From contig NZ_CP021983.2 in NCBI RefSeq assembly GCF_002075285.3, positions 3,000,001-3,032,000 on the forward strand: 32,000 bases of DNA. The letters run 5' to 3'. This DNA is from Halomicronema hongdechloris C2206 (GTDB lineage: Bacteria; Cyanobacteriota; Cyanobacteriia; Phormidesmidales; Phormidesmidaceae). Each line of letters begins with the position of its first letter. Within the stretch, counting starts at the first letter, position 1. Both the position numbers and the translations under genes were made by a program. The notes under the pieces are model-generated. The model saw only the letters and a program-made list of their open reading frames with translations, had not been told where the DNA came from and ran no database searches. This document shows, piece after piece, positions 9,357 to 16,768 of the stretch.

Positions 9357-10187
9357 CTAGGTCGTCTGGTCCTGGCCGCAGGCCAGATGGGATTGCATAC
9401 ACTGATAGCAGTCGGCCACCGATGCCTTTTGATCCATGGCCGCCACCAGAGCCTGGTAAGCCTCAGGGTGCCGTTCCAGCAGGGAGCGGGCTTGCAGGGC
9501 GGCCCAGCGTTGGCTCATCGGCACTTCCCGGGCCGGACGCCGCAGCTGCTGCCAGAGCAGTTGAAACTTCTGTCGATCGTCCTGGCCGCCGCTGGCCTGG
9601 CCGTAGACCCATTGTTCGGCGGCGATGCCGGCCATCCACAGGGTGCAGTAGCGGTTGATCTGCTGACGGCTGATGCGCCCCTGCTCTAGATCGGCCATCA
9701 GGGCCTGGTCATCGAAGACCACCCCCCCTTGACCAGGCAGGCCCCGGCGCCAGGCATCCCAGGCGTTGAGGCTGTAGTCCACCACCGGCACCTGCAACAG
9801 GGCGGCCACCAGAAAGTGTCCCGCTTCGTGGTGCAGCACCCGCTGGCGATAGTCGGCGGAGGTGCGGGCTAGCCCGTCCATGGCGATCTGGCCCAGGCTG
9901 CCGTTGAGCCCCAGTTGATCCACCGTGACCAGTCCCAAGAGCCCCGCCGTGGCCAGGGCTGGTACGACGGGGGAGAGATTTACCAGAGGACCTAGCAGAC
10001 TGGTGAGGGTGACCAGAAAAATTGCGATCGCAAGGGTATTGAAGGTGGTCTCACGCATGGGGATCTGGGCCGAGGCTTCGACGGTGATGGACATTACATT
10101 GGCAGTGTAGCGGTTCTGGGCAACGGGATGCTGAATAGACGCCAACTGAGCTTGGAGTTTAACCTTAGAGGGAATTCCAGAACTCAT
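9357..10187 (-). CDS. Membrane-associated zinc metallopeptidase-like protein (HEXXH)
   Basis: 276-aa ORF with a hydrophobic N-terminal segment (FNTLAIAIFLVTLTSLLGPLV...ATAGLLGLVTV) and the motif VLHHEAGHFLVAALL (HEAGH). It resembles stand-alone M41/FtsH-peptidase-like proteins conserved in cyanobacteria and plastids. Confidence 0.75.
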   Translation of the reverse strand: MSSGIPSKVKLQAQLASIQHPVAQNRYTANVMSITVEASAQIPMRETTFNTLAIAIFLVTLTSLLGPLVNLSPVVPALATAGLLGLVTVDQLGLNGSLGQIAMDGLARTSADYRQRVLHHEAGHFLVAALLQVPVVDYSLNAWDAWRRGLPGQGGVVFDDQALMADLEQGRISRQQINRYCTLWMAGIAAEQWVYGQASGGQDDRQKFQLLWQQLRRPAREVPMSQRWAALQARSLLERHPEAYQALVAAMDQKASVADCYQCMQSHLACGQDQTT

Positions 10188-10224
10188 ATGAAATCCGGTT
10201 AATTCACCTAGGAAAACAGTTCTC

Positions 10225-10348
10225 TGTCATTCCCGCGTTTCGCGAAGCGAGGTCGGAGGCCTTAAGGCGGGAATCCAGAGCGTCAATCTCAGCTACGCCC
10301 AAAGCGCTCTGCCTGGATTCCGGGTCGCGCTGCGCTTGCCCGGAATGA
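10225..10348. repeat. Nested palindromic (REP/MITE-like) element
   Basis: Hairpin A pairs attcccgc (10227-10234) with gcgggaat (10267-10274). Hairpin B pairs attccggg (10316-10323) with cccggaat (10338-10345). The outer arms are gtcattcc (10225-10232) and ggaatgac (10341-10348). A middle inverted repeat pairs ggaatccagagcg (10270-10282) with cgctctgcctggattcc (10304-10320). The element is intergenic, between the metallopeptidase start and a pseudogene. Confidence 0.6.
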
Positions 10349-10447
10349 CGGATTGCAGTTGTGATACATCATCGTAATGTTGCCTGTCTTAGCGGATTTG
10401 ATATCAAATGGGACTCGGACGAGGCATAGTCTGGACCCAGATACGAT

Positions 10448-11318
10448 TTACTCTTCAAACATCCAATCTATAGAGAAGTAAATGCCGTTTTCCTGCAGCG
10501 TGTCTTCATCCTGATCTGGATCAATAAGGGGGTAGCCATAGTCCAGACGAATTCTGAAACTTGGGTCCACCTGCCAGCGTAAGCCAACGCCAATACTGGC
10601 AAGTCCTTCTACAGATGTCTCCTCGTTCCAGCCAAATCCCCCTTCTACAAAGGGAGTCAGCTGTAACTCTCCAGGAGCAGCCGATAGAGGGAAGCGCAAT
10701 TCTAAGGAGCCGGTGAATCCATTGTCGGTGACCAGTTGATTCTCACGATATCCTCGGCACTGGTCTGCCAAAGGAGGATGTCTAGAATAAAGGTGTCGTG
10801 AGCTATTTACCGATGCAGTGCCCCCATTGCCAAAGCGAAACCGTCGTCAAAAATGGGACCTGTCGTCTCTGAGACCATCAAATCGTACAGTATTATCGCT
10901 GCCGAGAGTGTCATCGGAACTTTAATGAGCGCACCGGTACCCCCATGGTCCGTCTCCGCACCCCGTCAAGCATGGTTGAATTTGCTTTGAATGGTCGTAC
11001 GGAAGGGATGGGGGTGTGGGCCACCAAGCGAGTGTACAAGAAGTCCCACGCCGCGATTCTGCGGTGGGAACAACGCTTGGCAGATCAGGTTGAATCCTGG
11101 TCACCACCCGCTTCTGAGGGCAGTGAGATCACCTTAAAAGGTGACGAGATAGCCGCTGATGCCTGAAAAGGTGACTCGCCCGCCATCTGCTGTCCGCACG
11201 ATGGTGCTACTAGGCGTACCTAAATCAATTTCGGCATGGAGACGGCGATCGCCATGAATGGGGTGGGTGCGATAGCCAAAATTGCTGGTGCTACTGTTGC
11301 TGTGGCTGCCCTGTCCTA
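10448..11318 (-). pseudogene. Omp85-superfamily (ShlB/FhaC/TpsB-like) outer-membrane beta-barrel gene, C-terminal fragments only, split by an IS remnant
   Basis: Piece 10448-10771 reads ...CRGYRENQLVTDNGFTGSLELRFPLS...TPFVEGGFGWN...GVGLRWQVDPSFRIRLDYGYPL..., the RGY...ELRFPL pattern of TpsB/Omp85 barrels. Piece ~11134-11318 (minus strand) reads ...SNFGYRTHPIHGDRRLHAEIDLGTPSSTIVRTADGGRVTFSGISGY and would abut it. The ~375 bp between them is the IS1-like fragment. There is no N-terminal POTRA part and no proper start. Confidence 0.5.
10813..11148 (+). mobile_element. IS1-family-like transposase remnant (N-terminal third, in-frame TGA, 3'-truncated)
   Basis: Reads MQCPHCQSETVVKNGTCRL, then stop (TGA 10870-10872), then DHQIVQYYRCRECHRNFNERTGTPMVRLRTPSSMVEFALNGRTEGMGVWATKRVYKKSHAAILRWEQRLADQV...ITLKGDE. 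That is a CxxC...CxxC zinc finger plus HTH region typical of IS1-type transposases. It ends right at the GDE that normally carries the first catalytic Asp. No catalytic core follows. Confidence 0.5.
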
Positions 11319-11322
11319 GGAG

Positions 11323-11520
11323 TTGATGTGGCGGAGCCAGGAGTGCTTTGCGATCATCCTGCTGGATATCAAGCGTCGCTTATTGAGACTACAGGTGGTG
11401 ACGATCGGCACGGCCACAGAGACGTTGGCCCATCCCCACGATGTGTTTCGAGCGGTAATTCACCGAGAAGCAACCCGAATCATCCCCATGGCGAGAGCAA
11501 CCTCAAGATTGAGTCCTTAA
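11323..11520 (+). pseudogene. RadC-like JAB/MPN domain remnant
   Basis: [49 protein letters not shown] matches the RadC pattern (E.F.vl.Ld.k.rl......G....t.v.pR.vf..al...A..ii). The following HNHPSG metal site is missing and the frame decays. Confidence 0.5.
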
Positions 11521-11644
11521 TACCAGGGGACATATTTTGGGTGGAAAACCAGGAGGCACATGGTTAATGATGGAAGAAGGCTGATCCAGCCGCCGCCGTT
11601 AACGGCTAATCAAACTTTACCAATAGATTAAGGAGGTGAGTAGT

Positions 11645-11893
11645 ATGACCCACATCAACACGCTAGAAATCCCGGATGAGCTATTTACCCAAATTCAAGG
11701 GATGGCGCTTGCTCAAGCCTGCTCGATCAATGAGCAAATTGTGGTGCTATTGCAGCAAGCTTTAGAGACAGAGATGCAAAGACAGACTCAAACTAAGGTG
11801 CTTCAAGAGATTCATCAAGCCCGCTGGACACCCCCACAAACCGTACCGGACAGCGTTGCGATCTTGAGAGAAATTCGAGGCTACGATGAATAG
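11645..11893 (+). CDS. Type II antitoxin (VapB-like)
   Basis: Small ORF preceded by AAGGAGG (11629-11635) 9 nt upstream of ATG 11645; the track lists an in-frame GTG at 11636. It reads MTHINTLEIPDELFTQIQGMALAQACSINEQIVVLLQQALE. Its 3' end overlaps the PIN toxin gene by 8 nt. Confidence 0.75.
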   Translation: MTHINTLEIPDELFTQIQGMALAQACSINEQIVVLLQQALETEMQRQTQTKVLQEIHQARWTPPQTVPDSVAILREIRGYDE

Positions 11894-12344
11894 CCCTGTG
11901 CGCTGTGTCGTTGATGCGAGTGTTGCGATTAAGCTCTTCATTGAGCAGGAGGGGTCTGAGCAAGCAGAGGTGCTGTTCGCCAAACTCAGTACAGGACCCG
12001 ACACTGAGCTGTATGTACCAGAGCTGTTTTATGCGGAATGTGCCAATGTGCTTTGGCAATATGTGCGACGGGCAAATTATCCGGCTACTGATGCTAAAGC
12101 CAGCCTGGTGAGGCTTAAAGCCCTGGCGCTTCAGAGGGTTGCGATTCCAGAACTGGTGAATGAAGCGTTGGATATTGCGATCGCGCACAACATTTCGGCC
12201 TATGATGCCTGTTATGTTGAACTCTCGGAGCGGCTGAAGGTGCCGTTAGTGACTGCTGACAGTAAGCTCATCCGAGCGCTAGAGGGAACAAATTACCAAG
12301 TCCTTTCCCTCACAACGTTTCCACCCTTAAATTCAAACGGATAA
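11886..12344 (+). CDS. vapC: PIN-domain ribonuclease toxin (VapC family)
   Basis: 152-aa ORF with PIN acidic residues in context: RCVVDASVAIKLFIEQEGS, ELFYAECANVLW, ISAYDACYVELSERLKVPLVTADSKL. It overlaps the upstream antitoxin gene. Confidence 0.88.
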   Translation: MNSPVRCVVDASVAIKLFIEQEGSEQAEVLFAKLSTGPDTELYVPELFYAECANVLWQYVRRANYPATDAKASLVRLKALALQRVAIPELVNEALDIAIAHNISAYDACYVELSERLKVPLVTADSKLIRALEGTNYQVLSLTTFPPLNSNG

Positions 12345-12436
12345 AGGCTTCTTGTTAGAACTGACTGATATGGCAAGGTATCCAGACATTGTGATCGCGA
12401 AGCTTAATGAACTACTGAAAGAGGTTTCCGACGGGC

Positions 12437-12464
12437 TTGAGCTGAAATAGTACATCAGTATAAT
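12437..12464 (+). promoter_or_regulatory. Candidate sigma70-type promoter for the small ORF and pAgo gene
   Basis: TTGAGC (12437-12442), a 16-nt spacer, then TATAAT (12459-12464), about 45 nt upstream of the 12510 ORF. Pattern match only. Confidence 0.3.
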
Positions 12465-12509
12465 TTAGATGTTATATTCAAAGTTCTTGACAAGAGGGAC
12501 GAGCAGTGT

Positions 12510-12821
12510 ATGAGTTCTTCGAGATATGGAAACCAAAAATCATATCGTTCTGCTACTCCCAGCAGACAACTGACGCTCAATTTTGCACCTCTCCTACTCC
12601 TAACACAGGTGCAAACTGACCAGACATCAAAAGTGATCGAGCGCATCGTTAACAACATTGATGAGATTGTTCGTTTGCTCAGTTTTCCCGACTGGCAGCA
12701 AACCTGTGCAAGTGAGCGGGAAGTGAAATGGGCATTACGGAAAACGCTCTTCAAGCATCAGCTCCATCAGGATACGAAGCTGTTTGAAAAGGCGTATGGC
12801 TATATCCGGCAGTACTGCTGA
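12510..12821 (+). CDS. Small ORF whose C-terminal ~65 aa resembles the C-terminal helical domain of type I restriction HsdR subunits; either a remnant or a pAgo accessory
   Basis: TSKVIERIVNNIDEIVRLLSFPDWQQTCASEREVKWALRKTLFKHQLHQDTKLFEKAYGYIRQY fits my memory of the HsdR C-terminal pattern (..DW......r..lr..l...L.k.......). The stop at 12819-12821 overlaps the AGGAGG that precedes the pAgo ATG 17 nt downstream. The first ~30 codons look non-homologous. Confidence 0.4.
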   Translation: MSSSRYGNQKSYRSATPSRQLTLNFAPLLLLTQVQTDQTSKVIERIVNNIDEIVRLLSFPDWQQTCASEREVKWALRKTLFKHQLHQDTKLFEKAYGYIRQYC

Positions 12822-12838
12822 GGAGGATTTGCTTACTG

Positions 12839-15800
12839 ATGTCACGTCCGTCACCTCGTGAACTATTCGATACCCCCCTATCTGGATGGGACTTTCTCAC
12901 CCAGTCAAAAGATGATGACTTTGAAGGACAGCATTTTGATCGCAAAGAAGCTGGTCGGTCACAAGGAAATTCAAGCATTTCTAAAAATGAACTTAATGGG
13001 CTTAAAGATCATGTGATCAAGACAGTGTCTGCTTTCGCGAATAGTAATCGTGAAGGAGGCTTGTTGGTTCTTGGCATATCATCTGCTGGTAAGATAGTTG
13101 GTGTCGATCATCTAAGTGAACCAAACTGTAATGCCCTTACCGACTTAAATACCCTACTTCGTGCTTATGCTGCAGAGGTTAAGTTTTACCCTTGCCAAGA
13201 CATAAACGGAGAGGAGAAAACTCTTTGTCTGATCTACTCAGGGTATCTCTCAAGCGCGATATGTGAGACACCTGAGAAAACTCCAAGAGCATGGGTCAGA
13301 CATGGGCCTCAGTCTCTTCCAATGAATCAGGACGTAAGGGAGAGCGTTCGTTTACAGAAGGGGTTGCTTGATATAGAGGGGAAACCCTGGTGTCCGTTTT
13401 CGGAAGAGGATATTGATGCTGAAGTTCTTAAGGAATTCCGACGTGTGTTTCATCCTGAGTCTACTCGTGACTTCTCAGATGAGCACCTTCTCTACCAGGC
13501 TGGAGCGATAGTCAAAAAGGAAAACGAATACTGGTTTACCTTACCTGGTCTTTTGTTTTTTGCGTCAAATCCACAACGAGTGTTACCACATGCCTACCTT
13601 CGTCTTCTGAAGTTCGTTGTACCTTCAAGTCAGTTCCGTAATCGAGGTTTGCCCTCATTTGATAAAGACATTCGAGGCCCTGTCACAAAGCAAATCCGTG
13701 CTGCCCGGACATTTCTTCGGGAAGCGGCCTTTTTTGAGAGATTACAATATCGGAGACCTGAGGGAGGCTTTGAAGAGCAGGCAGAGCTTCCATCAATTGC
13801 GGTAGATGAAGCCATTGTCAATGCAGTTGCCCATCGCGATTATCAGACAAGAAATCCTATCTGTTGCGAACACTACACCGATGCATTTGTGGTTAAGAAT
13901 CCTGGTCGTGTTCAACAGCAAAATATTGACTTGCCTGACAGATTTCGACTCGATGCAACAGTTCTCGATTCAATGCCGCGTAATCGAAAGCTCATCGAAT
14001 GGCTTCGTCTCATGAAAGACCCTGAAGGCAGAGCATTTGTTCAAGCTCTCAGTGAGGGAACACAGCGAATGGCACGAGAAATGATGCTGCTGAAATTACC
14101 CCCGCCATCATTTTTTCTCCGTGAGAATGAGACAATTCTGAAGCTAGAAAGTGAGGCTGAAAAGCGTAAGGCAGCGTTTCTGGCCAGCATCCAGGTTCCA
14201 AAGACAGAGTTTATGAACATCTACCCGTTGAATATATTCAAGGGGGATGGATATGCAACAAGAGATGAAATCCATATTCGGTTAGGCGATCTAACCAAAG
14301 CCTTGCGAGATACTTTGTCTGCTCATAACTGGCATATTGACCGCTTTGCCTATAGCCGAATAGTTGCTCATAGGAGAGGTGTAGATTTACCAATACCGAC
14401 TAATGTAAAGTCTGTAGTCCGATTTTATCCCGCCTATTGTCTTCAAGTTCATGAGCTTCTGGGGAATGTTTACCTCTCAGTGGATTATACTTGCCAAGTT
14501 TTGAATGTGCTGAAAGTACACGAAGTAGTACAGCATCTTTCATGTGGAGTGCTGATCGGAAAACGTTGTAATGCCTATTCAGAGTCCTGGCAAAGTAGAA
14601 AGATTGTATCTTTAGATACGGAATGGGCGATCATCTATTTTTTTGATAGCAATGAGGAAAAACAAGTTCAGCTAGATAAAGTAATTCCGAACCTATCCCT
14701 AACAGAAATAGAAGCTATTCTTCAAAGTCGAAATACTTCCTTTGACCTACACAGGGCGATAAAAACACATAGTCTTGCCGATTCAACTGGGGCATCGCGA
14801 AAGCGAGCCGAAAAGATACAAGCGACCGCAACCCAACTATTTTCTGGCATATTTCCGCTTCTGTTTGGAGAGTTCAGGGTTCAAATGGGTGCAGATGCCG
14901 TATCGCTATCAGAGGTTGACTCTAACTCAGCGTCAACATTTCGCATTGAGCGTATTAGTGAGCCCGCTGTAGAGTTCAGAGACCGCCATAAGTTGCCAGA
15001 CGTACGGGAGGGAATTACTAAATATGGCTCTTATGACAACGACCCACATAGGATTGAACTCATACCTATTTGCCTTGAGTCACAAAGGCAGCAAATGAAT
15101 TCTTTAATCGAGAGATTGAAGAGCGGTAAGTATAAATATCGTGGAGCAGAGCGTACATTTTCGACTCGGTTCACCTATCCAACAATTATTACGGCTAGTC
15201 ATATAGAAGGAATAGATGGTGAGGTTCAACGTCTTCTTTCGGAACATCCTGATTGGTATGGGAATGCAGATCTCAATCGTTTGTTTCTAATTCATACGCC
15301 TAAACGAGGGTATTCAATAGATGACGAAAATTCGCCTTACTTTGTCCTAAAGAGGAGGTTGTTAGAAGCAGGAATTCCCTGTCAAATGGTAGACACAGGT
15401 ACGATTAATAATCCTGACTGGAAGGATTTAAATCTTTCACTGAATATCATTTCTAAGTGTGGTGTAACTCCCTGGGTGCTTCCTGAGAATATTCCAGATG
15501 CTGACTTCTTTGTGGGTCTTTCATATACACAATCAAGGAGCGGCCAAAAAATACTTGGTTTTGCGAATGTTTTTAATAGCTATGGTAAGTGGGAATTTTA
15601 TGCTGGTAACACGACAGCATTTGATGTTCAGAAGCGGAGCGAATATCTATCGCAGCTAGCCAAATCAGCTCTTGAACGTCTTAAGCGTGAGCAGTCGCTA
15701 CCAGCTGGGGCAAGTTTAGTATTTCATCATTCGGTGCGGATCTCCAAAGAAGACTACAACGCTGTTCTTCTTGGTGTGAGAGAGGTTGCGCCAGATGCTT

Positions 15801-16219
15801 CAGTGTCGTTTGTGTGGGTGAATAGTCATAACAACTTCCGACTTTTTGACTCAAAGGTAGAAACAGATGGAAGTATACAGCGAGGTAGTTTTGTCTCCAT
15901 CTCTCGTCGTCGATTACTACTCTCGACCACTGGAACTAATGTCTATCGAAAGTCATTAGGAACCCCTCGACCTCTTGAGATTTCCGTAGATCATTATCGG
16001 CCCGGTAGTATTGAGCCAGAGAAATGTGATTTGAGGTCTTTAGCACTTCAGGTGCTCAGTTTGACGAAACTGAATTGGGCTTCGACCGATTCTTTCACAT
16101 CTGAGCCAATCACGACTAAATACGCAGGAAATATTGCATATCTGACTGCTGCATTTCTGCGACAAAGCGAGCCATTTAAATTACACCCAGTCTTAGAGCG
16201 TACTCCGTGGTTCGTGTAG
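12839..16219 (+). CDS. Fusion protein: N-terminal Schlafen/AlbA_2 domain plus HATPase_c_4 (RecG-C-like) module (COG2865-type), a linker (APAZ- or N/L1/L2-like), then MID and catalytically inactive PIWI (prokaryotic Argonaute)
   Basis: 1126-aa ORF with AGGAGG at 12821-12826. aa 28-90, EGQHFDRKEAG...VIKTVSAFANSNREGGLLVLGISSAGKIVGVD, is the AlbA_2/Schlafen signature (AFAN..GG.L..G....G.IVGV). aa 320-415, AVDEAIVNAVAHRDYQTRNPI..FVVKNPGRV...MPRNRKLIEWLRLM...ALSEGTQRM, is the HATPase_c_4 pattern (NA..HRDY...i.NPG...RN..i......E..G.G..r). The MID 5'-phosphate pocket is Y834 (15338-15340), K838 (15350-15352), Q849 (15383-15385) and K873 (15455-15457), in SPYFVLKRRLLEAGIPCQMV...NIISKCGVTPWVL. The PIWI DEDX positions are substituted: FFVGLSYT (Ser895 for Asp), VFHHSVRIS in place of h-h-R-D-G, and KYAGNIAYL (Gly for His/Asp). 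Confidence 0.9.
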   Translation: MSRPSPRELFDTPLSGWDFLTQSKDDDFEGQHFDRKEAGRSQGNSSISKNELNGLKDHVIKTVSAFANSNREGGLLVLGISSAGKIVGVDHLSEPNCNALTDLNTLLRAYAAEVKFYPCQDINGEEKTLCLIYSGYLSSAICETPEKTPRAWVRHGPQSLPMNQDVRESVRLQKGLLDIEGKPWCPFSEEDIDAEVLKEFRRVFHPESTRDFSDEHLLYQAGAIVKKENEYWFTLPGLLFFASNPQRVLPHAYLRLLKFVVPSSQFRNRGLPSFDKDIRGPVTKQIRAARTFLREAAFFERLQYRRPEGGFEEQAELPSIAVDEAIVNAVAHRDYQTRNPICCEHYTDAFVVKNPGRVQQQNIDLPDRFRLDATVLDSMPRNRKLIEWLRLMKDPEGRAFVQALSEGTQRMAREMMLLKLPPPSFFLRENETILKLESEAEKRKAAFLASIQVPKTEFMNIYPLNIFKGDGYATRDEIHIRLGDLTKALRDTLSAHNWHIDRFAYSRIVAHRRGVDLPIPTNVKSVVRFYPAYCLQVHELLGNVYLSVDYTCQVLNVLKVHEVVQHLSCGVLIGKRCNAYSESWQSRKIVSLDTEWAIIYFFDSNEEKQVQLDKVIPNLSLTEIEAILQSRNTSFDLHRAIKTHSLADSTGASRKRAEKIQATATQLFSGIFPLLFGEFRVQMGADAVSLSEVDSNSASTFRIERISEPAVEFRDRHKLPDVREGITKYGSYDNDPHRIELIPICLESQRQQMNSLIERLKSGKYKYRGAERTFSTRFTYPTIITASHIEGIDGEVQRLLSEHPDWYGNADLNRLFLIHTPKRGYSIDDENSPYFVLKRRLLEAGIPCQMVDTGTINNPDWKDLNLSLNIISKCGVTPWVLPENIPDADFFVGLSYTQSRSGQKILGFANVFNSYGKWEFYAGNTTAFDVQKRSEYLSQLAKSALERLKREQSLPAGASLVFHHSVRISKEDYNAVLLGVREVAPDASVSFVWVNSHNNFRLFDSKVETDGSIQRGSFVSISRRRLLLSTTGTNVYRKSLGTPRPLEISVDHYRPGSIEPEKCDLRSLALQVLSLTKLNWASTDSFTSEPITTKYAGNIAYLTAAFLRQSEPFKLHPVLERTPWFV
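12920..13243 (+). other. AlbA_2 / Schlafen-type domain of the pAgo fusion (aa ~28-135)
   Basis: See the motifs EGQHFDRKEAG and VIKTVSAFANSNREGGLLVLGISSAGKIVGVD. Boundaries are approximate. Confidence 0.75.
13781..14128 (+). other. HATPase_c_4 / RecG-C-terminal-like module with probable wHTH (aa ~315-430)
   Basis: AVDEAIVNAVAHRDYQTRNPICCEHYTDAFVVKNPGRV...DSMPRNRKLIEWLRLMKDPEGRAFVQALSEGTQRMAREM. Boundaries are approximate. Confidence 0.7.
14984..15478 (+). other. MID domain of the pAgo fusion (aa ~716-880) with YKQK 5'-end binding pocket
   Basis: Rossmann-like pattern IELIPICLES...LFLIHTPKR...SPYFVLKRRLLEAGIPCQMV...LNIISKCGVTPW. Boundaries are approximate. Confidence 0.75.
15479..16216 (+). 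other. PIWI domain, catalytic tetrad lost (aa ~881-1126)
   Basis: ADFFVGLSYTQSRSGQKILGFANVF...ASLVFHHSVRISKEDY...SFVWVNSHNNFRLF...GTPRPLEISV...EPITTKYAGNIAYLTAAFL aligns by eye to the Ago motifs G.DV / hRDG / P.P..YA(H/D). Confidence 0.8.
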
Positions 16220-16382
16220 TAGATTTTCATGTCTGGGTATTGTCAAAACCAGCTACTTTTGCAGGAAATCGAAACTCAACGGCAATAGAAATAAGCTCTT
16301 CTCTACTAACTTTTATCTTACATAACTCCTCTTTATGTCATATAGTCCTGAGGAGAAAAACTGAGCCAATTCCGGCGTTTCT

Positions 16383-16663
16383 TTGTATGTGATGAGCCTA
16401 CTTGCCAATCCTCAAAATAATTCGGCTACTCTTGCCCTCGTTCATGGTTCCGAGCTATCGCTGCCAAGCCTGATTACGAATGCTGGCCCTGAAACGGCTC
16501 GCCGCTTCGTTGAATTTTTCTCGTCAACATCCGCAACCCCAATACCCGAGAAGCCCACGCTCGGGCTATCAAGCAGTTCCTTTTAGAAGGTGTGCTCATG
16601 AACCGGGACGCCATGGGAAGACAACTTACAGGCCGAGAAGGCTCAGCGTGTGGAATCCTGTAA
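16383..16663 (+). pseudogene. Tyrosine recombinase (phage-integrase family) N-terminal remnant, frameshifted and truncated
   Basis: Frame 1 reads ...SELSLPSLITNAGPETARRFVEFF. A shifted frame then continues LVNIRNPNTREAHARAIKQFL. Together they match the N-terminal pattern P.LI..AGE.A..RF.EFF.ANIRN.NTRRAY.RA...F of a family of integrases. No catalytic domain follows. Confidence 0.45.
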
Positions 16664-16768
16664 GGCTTAGAGAACTGGGCAGTGCGAAGTTCTCTAGGCA
16701 ATCAGCGTTATCTGAAAAAAGAACATTCCTGAGGCATTTAAGCCCGGAATGTTCGACACTGGCTGAAA

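Noticed and set aside
12455-12978. Minus-strand ORFs 12455-12754 and 12751-12978
   Set aside because: They are antisense to the small ORF and the pAgo 5' end. They are Cys/Ser/Arg-rich with no motifs.
16669-16696. 9-bp stem tagagaact / agttctcta with an 11-nt loop between the integrase remnant and the transposase gene
   Set aside because: It has no T tract, so it is not a terminator, and it could not be matched to the other end of the IS. Significance is unclear.
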